DNA from: Gordius albopunctatus
Taxonomy: Eukaryota
Length of the DNA stretch: 64,000 nucleotides
Reading direction: 5' to 3'
Assembly (NCBI GenBank): GCA_964276515.1
Contig: OZ193909.1
Coordinates: forward strand, 8,928,001-8,992,000
Position numbers and translations under genes: made by a program. The notes beneath the pieces were generated by a model. It had not been told where the DNA came from. It did not search any database and saw nothing but the letters and a program-made list of their open reading frames with translations. This document shows, piece after piece, positions 1 through 13,013 of this stretch. Numbering within the stretch: the first letter of the stretch is position 1; every line of letters starts with the position of its first letter.

Positions 1-51
1 ATCTAGACCCCCTCCCCGTCGGGGTTATGATAAAAATGGGACATGTAGTAT

Positions 52-268
52 ACTACTACTTCCTTTCCTAGACCATGCCTTCCCTTAATTATTAAAGAAA
101 GCCGATTACGTTATGCCCTTTGTCTACCGGCGAGCAGATGGCAAGATTCCCACTATACAACCATACCTTACTCGAAGACATCTGAATGATTAACGTCAAC
201 AACTGTATTACTACTTCCCTTCTCAGCCCATGCCTTCCCTTAATTATCAAAGAAAGCCGATTACGTTC
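52..268 (+). repeat. Direct repeat, 2 copies of ~60 bp (ctactacttcc...aaagaaagccgattacgtt), period ~155 bp; possibly part of a mobile element cut by the window edge
   Basis: Near-identical segments at ~52-112 and ~208-267. Confidence 0.6.
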
Positions 269-1793
269 CCTTACTCTAAGACATCCGAATGACTTGACTG
301 TGTGATGGGCGCCGGCATCCCTTATTCTAGGACATTATAATGATTGGCGCCAACAAGTTACAACTCCGAAAACAGATGCAAAAAATTCTAATTACACACG
401 AAGTTCATACAACCCCCCTTTTCTCTTTACCTTTCCCTTTACCCAGCCAGAAGTACATGAGTGCAGACAACGCCCGAATAAAAGAATAATAGATTTTATA
501 CACAACTAGAGTTTTGATTTTCGAATTCCCCCTTTTAACAAACCCCGACATCTTTAATTCTCGTTATAAAATACACTCGCTTCGCTAATGTCTAATTCGC
601 ACTTTATATTCGCTCGCTTAATAAATAAATTACCATCGGTTTATCTATCATATTTTAATTCTATTCTATTTAATAATTTTTGGTTTATTTAATTATTTTA
701 AGGGGTCAACTTTTCCTTAAGTTTGGACAACTCTATTTTTTAAAGATTTTTAAGCCAAATTTTCTAGATTTATAGTTACAACATAATTTTATATTTTTAT
801 TATCAAAAAAGTTATGCTAAGATCCAAATTTAATCACATAGGAGAGGATTTTTGGGATTAAATCAATTTTGTATAACACCTGATAAAATAACCTATAGTA
901 GATTACTTTAATGTTAAAGCATAATGCTTTTAAAATTTGAAAAGTTGACGATAGCTATTTAATGTTTTGGGTCATCAGAGTACCTTGGATGTGTTTAGCA
1001 ATTTATATTCGATTCTGTGTTGTCTAATTATTCGTACTGGCTGTGGGGATATTTATTATTTATAGTCTGGGGATTGTTTTATTTGTAACTTTATTCACTC
1101 TACTCTGTTATACTCCAAATAATAGTTTATTGTTTCTGTATCACTCTAAATAATAACGATAGATATATATATATATAGCGTAGCGACGACACGTATCGGG
1201 GAAAAGGGGGAAAAATTTAGATTCTCGGGAGAAGCGTTCAAAACCCAACGTTCTCTTCGGATTCTGCGGAGAAACGTTCTGATAGACACGTTCTGCTGTG
1301 TATCGATTTTCGTGGGGCTTATATAGGTTTTATTTTTTTGGCGTCGTTAACCATTTCCCATCCTTTGACCTCCTTCTTCGTTCCAATCCTTAATTTATTA
1401 CCCATCCCTTTCAAGGTCTGGCTTCCTTGGCTCCTTTTCGTTCCAAACTTTTTGGGGATCTTAATTTATTACCTTACTGTTCTCAATGGCACGTTCCTTT
1501 TAAGTCTCTGCTCTACTCCGCGAAGACGCCCAAGAGCTTAGTAAGTGCAATCTAAGGTTGGGCCCCTTCTCACGCCAAATGGCGCATAAGGTCACGTTGG
1601 TGACAACGTGTGGAAAGTTCCTGTAACAAATTTGATCAATATGCAGTATAATTATGGCACGTTTATATGTAATACCCAAATTTATAAGAATTAAAGAGAA
1701 CATTCTGGATGAGCGTTTATTACAACAAGATAGTTGGTTCTTTGAGAACTCTATCCATAGTTTCCTATCTTGCATTATTGTCAACATTGAATC

Positions 1794-2264
1794 TTAGTCC
1801 TGACCTAATAATTTAATTTCACGAAAAGTCTTGTGAAGCCAACTGCCGTTGCACTTCAAGCCTCTTAGTGAAGGAAGATACCAGAACAGGGAAGACAGGC
1901 AATAGTTTGTTCCCTTCCTCCGGGCCTGATGTGCTAAAAAATTCCACTTCCTTGTTAACATAATATTTTTAACTGGAGGGATCTTACAACGCATCCACAG
2001 ATTTTGGTTTGTTATCGTTGCCGGATAAAAAATTCGACATACAATTCGTAGCATTTTGTTGATGTTAATTTGGAGTTTTTTTATGCCGGGGGCACGCAAC
2101 AACCAAGATTCACACCCATAAAGAAGTGTCGGTAGAATCATAACTTTAAAGTTCCTCGGGCGGGTGTTGAGGACCAGTTGGCGTGAGCGCCAGATTGCCG
2201 AACAAGAGTAAAATTTTACAAGGGTTCGCCGGAACAATTGTCGTGTACCGCGTTCACTTAACAC
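1794..2264 (-). pseudogene. Non-LTR retrotransposon (RTE-like) C-terminal RT/thumb remnant
   Basis: ORF contains ILPTLLYGCESW...KMLRIVCRIFY...ITNQNLW...KWNFLAH, the typical post-RT region of RTE-type LINEs. Confidence 0.75.
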
Positions 2265-2774
2265 ATCACTCTTAGATTGAAAAAGCTAAGCTTAAAAACA
2301 AATAAACCGTTTTCCTTTATAGTATATAATTTGGCTATTACTCACAGTTTCCTATAAGGATTGGTAAGTCAATTTTTGTAAAATATTTCACTTTTAAATT
2401 TGCTGGTAGCATTTCGGTGTATGTTATTATTTGATAAAGCCTTATTGTTTCTTCAGACATTTCCTAATTTTTATATACTGCGGGCTTGATCACGTCATTT
2501 ATAAACAAGATCAATAATCTGTTTCACCTGACTGATATTTTCTTATAAGTACAATGCGTCTGGTTGGGAAGAATGGAGGAGCGCTTTTACTATTATAAAT
2601 TTCAATCAACAACACATTATCAAACTGTTTCGTGTTATACTAAAATTAATAAAATCCCGGTGTTATAATATCTTGGTGATTATATTTTTATTCCACGAAC
2701 ATGATTATAGGGTGTTCAGCACTGCAAAATATAACTATTACAATAAATAGGCATGTTAATTTTAGCGATTATAT

Positions 2775-5700
2775 TCAATAAGGTTTTAGATATTTGGCAG
2801 GGCATTGAATTTTTTTGAATCCAGCCATAATATAAATCATACCTTCTTCATTTTCCTTTAACTTCAATACAACCTGTGTATATATATAAATAATAAGTAT
2901 ATCGAATAAACGTTAATATTTTTTTATGAAATAATGTTATGCCATAAAAAATGATAAGAGAAGGGGCTATTGCAATGCTCTGAGCTCAAATCCTATACAT
3001 AGCACTCGAAATCAAGTACGACCAACAATTTAAATTTGTCACATTTGAAATGTAGTATCCCGGTATTTCACAAAAACTTTGGATATAGTGTAAAATAATT
3101 TTAAGACATTTATAATGTTTACTAGAATCTAGCGCCCTTAAATGATTAAAATTAAAAAGTTTTTATTTAATTAGCCATGAATAACCCTCTGTAGATACCT
3201 ATATACTTATACAATTTTAAATTTATGTAAAGATTTAATTTATTTAGCTGTTCGAGCTAACACTCTCGCGAGAAAATTAAATTTGTAAAAGCCATGGCTT
3301 TGGTATACCACTCGGTTATAAAATTATTACCTATTTTTATACGTGAAATAGTTATTTTATATTGGGTAGTTTTGAATGTAGAACGCATTAAAATTTAGTC
3401 TTAAATTTTTACAAGGCTTTTAAAAGTTTCGAGGTTAACATTTAAATTCTAATTCTAAGCAATTATTATTTCTAAACTACCATTTAAGGATTAAATATTA
3501 AGCCTATCAGGCTTACTGCTCTTGTGATAAATCAATTAGCTCGGCGTTGTAAAATTCAGGGAAACGAAAAATATCTAATTTTTACCAAAGCTTGAGCCTA
3601 CTAGTTAAATAATTAAATTGTATTATGTCACGTTTTGAATCAATAATGATGTTGAATAGAATTTAAGTTATTAATGTATAAATTATATTAAATAAAACGT
3701 TTACTTGGTTTTTTGCAAGGCAAACATTTTGACCATTATTATTCAGTTGCAAATTTTGAAGAACCTGAAGAAGTTTGCAGTCGTCAACTTTTAACAAACA
3801 ATGTTTAGGAACAAATCCCATTTTATTATGGTGGACTATCTATGTAAGATCAAAAATATGATATATTATCTCATAAGGACGTATCTCAGGTTTAACCATT
3901 TTTAAATTACTACACATAATTGCATTAAATTTATATAAATCATTAAAAACGGCCTATGCAGTTAAACAAGTTTGCCAAAAACTTATTTTGGCATATATTA
4001 TTTTTTTGGTTTAGAGGTTTTTAGAAGAGAAAATAATTGTTAATTAATGTTGTTTATATGGAAAAAAATGAACTTTTTTTGAATAAGCCATTAACACTTT
4101 TGGATTAAATAATACTATTTAATTATTTGTACTAGTTTAGCTAATAACATTATATTGTTAGCCACTAAATAATCGAAAAGGTAGGAATATTCCACCCTTT
4201 GGATTAATGAAAAGGCCACACTATTGTTGAATAGTATTTTTGATACAAATAATGCTATTAGTTTTTAAATCGATGCCATTTTCTATTTTTGTTAGTTTAA
4301 ACTTAATATAAACGAAGCTTTTTATTTCCTTATTTAAATGTTTATATTTAATCAGTTATATTTTATGGAGGGTTAATATGTTTGTAACCATAAGCTTTAA
4401 CATACAACTGTTCATACTTGAAACCAATCATCGTCTTTATTTATTGCTGTGACCAAAGTTCCGATGCTAATTGAATCAAATTTAATTAAATAGAAAGAAT
4501 TAATACCGCGTATGAATTTGATTTTCAGTTGTGGGGGAAAAATTTTCCATTACTAAATAAATATCCTGCTCCTTAGAGTCCATGGCTTTTTGACTAAACT
4601 TTGTTACTATAATGGTACAAAAAAATTGTTATTCTAATAAAATAAAAATTCTAATATGGATTATAGTTTTATCATTCGCGCAGCTAGCTTTTTACCCTTG
4701 GAGAGGGTCCTAAAATTTCGCGCAAGTGAGGAAGGTAAGACGACGGAGGTTAATATTTTTTCCTATATATGTTTGTCAACTCAATGGCATTTAATATAGA
4801 TTCTCCCCTTATATTAGTGGTGGTGAAATACCGTTTGATAGGCGCTAAAGCTATAGCACATAGTCACTTGGAGGCGCTAGAGGTGTAGCACATTTTCAAA
4901 GGCGCTAGAATTATAGCGTGGGTGCTATGATAAGCACAATTTTTCTTTCCTAAAACCATCAGAGTGTTTTCCATTTAGTTTTGCAATAATCCACTTTTAA
5001 AGTTTGTATTTTAATTGATACTAGTTACCAGCCAAGTTGCATTATGTGGCCAACAAACCCCAGACTTTTTTCATTCAATTATTCATGTGGAGCTCTTCAT
5101 GTGCTTTTCCACACTTCTTATTAATGTTTTTACTTGTTCTTGTCTAATTATGTAAACATATTAGGTCACAGTAATAGCTTGCTCAATAGCTTGCATCTCA
5201 TTGATCGCGGTTGAGTTGATACAGTAAAACTTCAAAAATGGCGTGACGCACGTATTAAGACGCGTCTATGTTTTAACATGCATTCGCTTTTTCAATCTAG
5301 ATTAAAAATCGCGTATTAAGACGCAACCTTACACTCCCGCCCCCATATCTATCCAAGCACACATAAAGGGGACGAGAGTGGAGGAGAAAGAGAGGAGAGT
5401 AGATGAAGGGAGAGAGATATGTGTTAGTAAACATCGTGTACGCAGAATGAACTCTAAATGTACTCCGTATACCAGAACCAGACATCGTGGGAGGAATTTT
5501 GATAAGGATAAGGGGTTTACGCAAACGCATATAAATTTTATTATAAGGGTGATATAAAAAATAAAGAGATTAAACTTTAATCTACATGAATATATTACTA
5601 TTTTTCACTTAATATCAAAAATCCCGTGGCGATATAGCCTCAAAAAGGCTTAAAAAGGGCATTTTTGGCACTTTCAATCTCGTACATCTAAAAACTGGTA

Positions 5701-8700
5701 ATTGTAGAAAAAACTAAAAACATATTATTTTTCAGCGCAAAGTTCTCTGTCTGAATTATTGTTCGGATTGCGGGATGTTTTTTGTAGACCTGTGTAATTT
5801 TTGCGGCCTGAGATTTTGTCGTGTAACCTATTTATGCCACTTGTTTTAATAATACTAACCTATAATATAAAAAATATTATTATGTTTTAATTCCTTATTT
5901 ATTTTGGCAGATGAAAAATTGTATAAACATAAAAATTACACAAAATTTTGTCACTTAACCTATAAACATAAAAATTAAACATATAATCAAAATATTTAAG
6001 GCAGAAATTAAGCGTCAAGATTTAAGTAATTTTAATTTAAAATCTCATTCTGGGTCATGTTGACCCATAAAATTAAGAGATTTGGAATAAGTCCAATAAA
6101 GGGCTAAACAAGTATGGTCTTCAGACAAATAGAATGACATAGCTGCCATTCTTCATCCAACTTTTAAGTTGTGGATGGCAAGGAGGAAATTGAAAGATTT
6201 AGATACTTTTGTAAATGAAAATTATTTTGTAGAAATTTCAGTCGCAAGAAAAGTCATGCATTTTTATTAAGATTATTTTTGATACTGATATAGAAAAAAC
6301 ATAAACGACATGAAATTTGTTAATTTTCATAGTAATAGCTTAATTTTATTTTCTTTAAGGAGATCGGAAAAGCCCGGCCAAGCCCTATGATTATGGGGGG
6401 GGGGCTGGCACTTTAAGAAGACTCGAGCAATTTAGGCTTAATGGTATTTTTATATTAAATTTGTTTTTTGTTATCGCCTAATATAATCGAGTACATCATT
6501 TTTCTTTTATCATATAATATTCATTATTGCAGTTTATCAAAACAAAAAAGCTTTAATCAGTTTTTTTAAATTGGTCAATAAATGAACTATGTATTTATTT
6601 TTTATTTAAAAATGATTTTAAATACTAATTTAAAATTTTATCCATTAAAACCCTAAAGTCCTTCGCACCTTTCACATTTTTTATTTTTGCTTTTTTTATT
6701 ATTAAAAAATTTGCGCCTTAGGCACTAAATATTTTTCCAAAATGAATGTAGAATCGTCATTTAACGCTCCATAATAATGGATATATAAGACTAATGAGTT
6801 TGATTGCCACTCGTTTAAGAGTCTTTCAGAAGTACCTGCGTTTAACGGTTTAAAAATCTTTTGCCCGCTAGCTACGCCATTTATATTATAAGATTACAGA
6901 TAGAATAAAGAGAAGGATTATAGTGTGCAAGAAAGTTTGTGTTAGAAATGATTTGTGATAATTAGGAAAAAATATAATATAAAGCACAAAATTTCATCTT
7001 ACCCGATGTTTCTTGTTCATTAAAGGTCCATGGTCTAGTGGTAGGATAAGGCGAATTGTTATTACACGCATTGTCAGGGGTGTCTAAACTAAAACTTTTC
7101 ATCCGTAAATTTAATTGTTTCTTTTTTGGAAACTGTCTATGCGGTGCTTCACAACATAAATTTATATATAATTTGACCATAATATTATGAGGATTATAGT
7201 TGAGATATTTTATATTAGCATAAAATCTGTTAATAGGAAATTTAAAATAACAAAACAAAAATAATGTGTAAATAAAAATTAGCCCTTCTAACCTGATATC
7301 GATAACTGTGAATGGACTTGGGCATCATATAAAATATCTTTTTTTATATTCAAATTATCACTATTTAATCTTTTATTGATATCGGAGCTTGAATTTGGTT
7401 GCTTACGAAAGTTACTAGCATTTTTCAATAATTGGTATACAGGATCTGGCTCTATATCTAATTTTTAGATAATGAACATTGTATTTTATGACTGTGTATA
7501 CTGATGTTTAATAATAATAACATCTAAGACAATTGTCTTAAAGCATTTTTAAATAGTTCCAGCAATAGAACGCAACTCAAATTTTGTTTATAGATGCATT
7601 GATAGATTTATAATTCGTTTAGATTTTATTACTACCTCGTTTATTGTATCAATTCGCTATGTTGTTCAATATTGAACATGCTATTAAAATTTACGTTACG
7701 ATGCTGAGTTTGGATATGCTTTATGTAGTCTTGGTACACAAGCATATAGGTCAAAAGTTGCAAAAATAGTTTAATTGAAATACCCAAAAATCACTATTAA
7801 GAATATAATTAGCTATAGTTCATTAATAAAATGCAAAACAAGTGCAGCGACCAAATATTTATATACCATCTTCTAGGTAATTTGTTTTATGGGATCGAAG
7901 ATTTTTGGCATCTATATGAGGTTGAGATCTTTGCTTTCCTAGTTTATCGATGGTGTTAAACTAAAAACGAAGTGAGTATTCATTATTATTAAGTATACCC
8001 GTCTTGTGCATGTGCCAATTTTATCTTTGCAAGCAATATGGACGTTCATTTTGCAACCTTTGCATTTTAACCCCTGTTGATCTAACCCTTCAATATAATA
8101 AATTTTTTATAAGTAATTATTTGATTACCTCTCATTATTTGGTTGCAGTAATAACAATGAGTTGGCTTTTTAAAATAGATTTCTTGATATTGATGCTTGT
8201 CGAGTGTTGCCAAAAATATCTCCTTCGTATGTAAATTATTTCGAGCATTTTCATAAATGGAAGGCAAAGTTTTTTGAAGTTCATGGCTTTTATTAAGATC
8301 TGCACTTTGGTTGCCTACATCAAGTTAATATTTGATTTTAAAGGGATTTATTTAATTTCTCTAACGCTTGTTTGTCTCTTGATAAAAATTTAAATTTGGA
8401 AGTCACGTCATAACTTAGCATTGTATTTAGGTAAAATAAAAATGATAGGCAAAAAAAGATTGGAAAATTATTTGAAAATTTTAAAATTAATCGCAAATAA
8501 AAATCTAACCAGTCAATTTAACTTTAATCTTTTAAACTGTTGAAAGTAATGAACATTAGCAGTGGCGTAGCTAGGTGGACAAGGGTGGCAGAGGGTCGAG
8601 GGCTGAGAGATGAAAATTACATAAAAATCAAATTAATCAATTTTTAAATCAAGCTTATTATTACTACTTCTCCTTTTTACTTTATAAATTATTTTTTTTA

Positions 8701-11033
8701 TAAGTATGGTTAAAAAGGATAGTCCCCGAAGCCTATTTATTTCAAAATAATTTGTGTTATTAGAATTAATATAGTGGCTTATATATATGCAAATATAATG
8801 ATAATGCCATGCAAAATAGCTGCTATAGTTTTGAATAAATATTCACGATGAATATAAAGATATTAAGAAAAATAATGAATTTCGGCGAACAAAATTCATT
8901 ATGATTAATAAAATTACAAGTTAATTTTTATTACGTCCGAAATTTTTAATAAAGGAAAAATGATTTAAATATAAAAAATTGGTTATAAACAATAATAAGA
9001 TTTAAACATTTTATGCAGCAAAAAATTCAGAATATCTTATTATGGTAAAATATCAATTATATGTTATACCTGAACTTAAAAGAATAAGTGCTAGCATGTT
9101 ACTGTTATAATTTTCTTTTCAGTTTAAGTTTTCAAGATTTGATGAAGGCATAATTTCGTAAGATAAAAATTCAAAATCTTTGAATTTGTTAAAGCTGTGG
9201 CTAGAAGTTTATAAGGATTAAGGTTAAACCAAATATTATTAAATTGCCTTTTTGTAAGTAATTTGTAAGGTTTAACACATATCTAAAGCCAGAGGTCCGA
9301 ATTGTAAAATATTTTCTGCTCGAACGATTTTATGACTAAATTGTAGTGCTCAAATTTTATGAACGCGTTCATGAACGGCGTTCTTTTATTTTTTGGTGAA
9401 CTTTGAACGTGAACGCGTTCCTTTTTTTGATGAACGCGTTCGAATTTAACATTCGTTCAATTTTAAAAACCCTTTTTTATTTTTATTTATTTGGAAATTA
9501 ATGTTAATCCGAATTTTTAACAAAAAAGTCTTATATTTTTTAATCAGCTGTTTTTCCTGTTTCCTTAGTGTTATTGAAAAAAGGGACTGAAACCACTAAA
9601 ATTGATAATGAAAGAGCTGTCAATTCCGAGATATCATTTTTTGACGAGGAAGTAGAGGGCGGATTGGAGGATGATATCTTGTCGCAATTTTTTGAAGCGC
9701 GTAAATACTTTTAATAAATTTCCTCTTTTAAAAAATTTGTTTATTAAGTATAATACTCCAATCCCCTCACCTGCCTCTGTGGAGCGGATTTTTAGTATAG
9801 CTAATGCTGTATTAACTGCCAAGCGTTGCTGCTTATCAGACGACCATTTTGAAAAACAATAAGAAAATAGATTATATTTATTTATAATTATATTGTCGAA
9901 ATAAAACTATTATTTTTTATCATGGCTATTTATTGTATTAAAAAATATAAGACATTTAATTATATTAAATTAAATTTTAAAAAAATTTATCATAAAATTT
10001 TGAACGAACGTGAACGCGTTCCTGAACGTAAACGCGTTCCTTTTTTTTAAACGAACGTGAACGCGTTCGATTTTTGTCAATAAACGTTGAACGCGTTCGA
10101 TTTTTTTACAAATGTTTACAGCATTACTAAATTGCCACCCAGGTCATTCCCAAATTATTAGAGCTACAAAACTGCTCAGCCTGAAATGAGGACTTTTAAA
10201 CTGTTAGCAATAATTTCGCATTAATTTCTAAAAAATTAGAATGTAATTCTCGATCTTCTCGGACAAGAACTACGATTAATAAATATTATACAATCAAATA
10301 AAAAATTGACAAAATAACATACAAAAACAAAAAAAAACACAATATAAAAAATCTAATTAAGCCAGAATTACCCGAATCTTGTTATGGTGACCGTCACGTT
10401 TTTTTCCTATTTGTAGAAACTTATTTTACATCAAATTTATTTGTTATAGCCATAATTGCCGTTTTTCACATTTTGTAGTTAAAACATTATCAATACAAAT
10501 ATGTATGTATCATTCATGATGCAAGATATATTTATCAACTTCAAATAAAAATGAAGTTGGCCCTCTCCACGAGCAAAAAGCTAGCTACGCCACTGAACAG
10601 AAAGAGTAAAATTTGAAAAATTTATCACTAAATGCAAAGATTTGTTAGACCGTATATTAGAATAGATACGCATAAATTACCATTGGCATTTAATGTTTTT
10701 TTAATTGCCTTTAAAGCTGATTTCCATTTTGATTTAATATTATTTCTTCTGGTGGAGGTTAGAGAAGTATTCAGCCCTTCAGCGGTTTTGTCATCTAGAT
10801 GTATTCTACTAATCTCATTGGCAAATTGCAGTCTTTTTATTGTCAACGGTGAAGCTTTGTAAGAAGAAGGCATAGTATGCCTAAACTTATAATAATATAC
10901 CACATTTAAAGTTTTACTTTGTCAAAGTTTTATTAGCTGAGGTGGCTTTGTGAGAATTGTTAACATTTGAGGTTCCTAGCATTGTTGTTGAAGGCTCGGT
11001 TGAACAAACCTTAAGTTGACAGTCGTCGATCAT
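2775..11033 (-). CDS. Stac: STAC-like adaptor (SH3 and cysteine-rich domain protein): C1 domain + tandem SH3, 458 aa from 11 exons; further 5' or internal exons possible
   Basis: Hand-spliced GT-AG exons (minus): 11033-10918, 10880-10681, 8314-8129, 8087-7999, 7960-7867, 7457-7293, 7146-7003, 4606-4507, 4466-4418, 3839-3705, 2873-2775. Sum 1377 nt, open to TGA. Motifs: KSKWKSALKAIK; C1 HQYQEIYFKKPTHCYYCNQIMRGLDQQGLKCKGCKMNVHIACKDKIGTC; STAC-type DPVYQLLK; LNLRMKSFSLDTPD; SH3-1 IYLVMENF...LVTAINKDDDWFQ...GFVPKHCL; SH3-2 LQVLQNLQL...VVLKLKENEEGMIYI...CPAKYLKPY*. Confidence 0.85.
8560..10595. mobile_element. Non-autonomous hAT-like DNA transposon in Stac intron 2
   Basis: Perfect 15-bp TIR cagtggcgtagctag (8560) / ctagctacgccactg (10581-10595). 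Flanks share only aaca, so the TSD is eroded or absent. Confidence 0.6.
9344..10126 (+). mobile_element. Internally deleted hAT element nested in the 8560-10595 element
   Basis: 8-bp TSD ctaaattg (9336-9343, 10127-10134), tagtgct/agcatta termini, subterminal gaacgcgttc repeats, hAT dimerisation remnant FPLLKNLFIKYNTPIPSPASVERIFSIA (9671-9862). Confidence 0.9.
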
Positions 11034-11329
11034 ATTATAGTTTAGCAGATATACTTCATAAAATGACTTTTAAATATTAAAAATATTATAATTTTCGGTC
11101 GCGCTTGATTAAATGATAATTTGATTCTTATTCAAAAAAAGCTATTCAAAAAAATCCAGTTTCCAGACTAGACAATAAAACTAATATTCAAAATTTAAAT
11201 ATTTAATTAATACAAAAAGCTAGTATAAAAAATATTAACAATTAAACGCATAAAATGAATAAGCTATTATTTTATGAACAATTGCATATAATATAGCGTG
11301 TCTACATTTGATATTCGTCTAATGTTAAT

Positions 11330-11669
11330 CTTCTTCTTTATCAGTTATTTGGTCCCACATTGGTGGGGTTTGTTTTGATGAGTCTCATCTTGACCGGGTT
11401 AGTGCCATGTCTTGACGAATCTCTTTAGTTTCCATAACTTTATCGACTCGCCTTTTCCACGTGACACGGGGTCGTCCTCTTCCTCTCTTCCCCGGTATTT
11501 TCATGTCTAGCACTTTTCAATTTAAGTCATCCGGGTCCCTTCTTAGTATATGCCCATACCACCTTAGCCGATTTTTGTTAATCATGTCCGCCATTGGTTG
11601 AATACCCATTTTTGTCATGAGAAAGTCATTCGTCATATGGTCGAGCTTAGTATACCCCAAGCTCCACCG
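11330..11669 (-). mobile_element. 5'-truncated RTE LINE 3' fragment
   Basis: TSD tgttaat (11323-11329, 11670-11676), (AAG)n tail, minus strand encodes RLRWYGHILRR...GKRGRGRPRVTW. Confidence 0.85.
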
Positions 11670-12530
11670 TGTTAATATATATTTAAATATCTACAAGTAT
11701 GTTTTAAGTTGCTAACGCTTATAAATACACTAAAAAATTGTCAAAGTAGGTGATTCTATATAAAATTACATGTCTACATATAATAATAGCTTAATAGTAA
11801 TGAATAAAATGGATAGCATATTTAAATATTCACCAGTACACTGAGTTGCTGATTATACACTAAAACATTGTCAAAGTAAGTGATTCTATGTCTACATATA
11901 ATAACAGCTTAATTTTAATTAATGATATGAATAGCAATAAATAATCACCAGTACACTTTAAGTTGTTAATGATTATAAAAGACTAAAACACTGTAAAAAA
12001 GATTATTATATATACAGTTGCATATGATTCACCGTTTCTACATATAACAGCTTAACACTTTAAGTTGCTAATGATTATAAATACACTAAAACTTCATAAC
12101 TGTTTAGGGCCATATTAGGATTTATTTTGCATTTCAAAATGCTGGCTAAAATCTTCTCTTAATACTAAATTTAGCAGTTTAGGGACGGTTCACCTGATGT
12201 CTCTAGTGTCACATATAACTTCTTGCAAATCTGTTAGGATATTGTAGGTAGATTATATTCGGTTAGAGAAATTCCATATTTTTTAATAAATTAGCTATTT
12301 AAATATTTAATCCATATCCTACAATATCTATAAGATAAACGATAGTGTGTAAAATCCGGTTCTGTTTGATAAGTAAGGTCCAAAATATTTAAAAGCGGCG
12401 GCAATTATGCAAACAAGTTAGACACGACATAACAGTCAGATTGCCTTATATCAAATTCTAAACTTTCTTTTTAATCGATAGAAGTTTATTTCCAAATAGT
12501 TATGTATGTTATATGCTAAAATATATAAAA

Positions 12531-13013
12531 TTAATAAGCTGGCATCGAGCCATGGATTGAGATTGTATTAGATTTCACAATTTCCATGCTGATTTTCTGC
12601 TTGATGTAGAAAAATTCTTTGGGATCGTGTGTGATGGAGGTTATAAATTTTGCTGTTTGTTTGAGGAATTGGCTGCCCTCGGGACCTAAATTACCGAGGG
12701 TCGTGGCTATTATTGGTACAAAAATAATATTGCTGAGATATTTGTATTTTTCCACTTTCTTTTTCTTAGTAGAAGAGATGAAGTGGGGAGAGACTTTAGA
12801 TTTGGCAAATATATCTACTGTAGTGAAGTCCCAGCAGGCATTTAGGCCACGAGCCCATGGGATGATCGTTACACCGTCGGGTCTTCTACCGTCAGTGTAG
12901 CTTAGGCCAGTGGGTTCCAGTGAGTTGGAAAAGCCAGCTTTCTTTAAAAATTGTCCGATTATTTTATTTATTGTAGCATGACGGGGATGCCGCCCCTTGC
13001 TAAATTGGCAGTG
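12531..13013 (-). mobile_element. CRE-like non-LTR retrotransposon 3' fragment (restriction-like endonuclease domain)
   Basis: Minus frame HCQFSKGRHPRHATINKII...LEPTGLSYTDGRRPDGVTIIPWARG..CWDFTTVD...KYKYL..FVPI..TTLG.LGP...KQKISMEIVKSN. Confidence 0.8.

Noticed and set aside
3719..3890. Plus-strand reading with in-frame TAG/TAA, suggesting stop-codon reassignment
   Set aside because: It is the antisense shadow of Stac exon 3839-3705; vinculin ends in a normal TAA.
4696..6835. Possible extra Stac exons (6835-6792 and ~4762-4696)
   Set aside because: Phase-compatible as a pair but with no recognisable motif, and not needed for the frame; needs RNA-seq.
9360..10100. Repeated gaacgcgttc (and gtatcgg, gcccga elsewhere) resembling an array or CRISPR
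   Set aside because: Irregular spacing next to TIRs: hAT subterminal binding motifs in eukaryotic DNA.
10372..10406. Candidate Stac micro-exon (KKRDGHHNKIR) inside a transposon, suggesting exonisation
   Set aside because: The flanking exons already join in phase 1; adding 35 nt would shift the frame.
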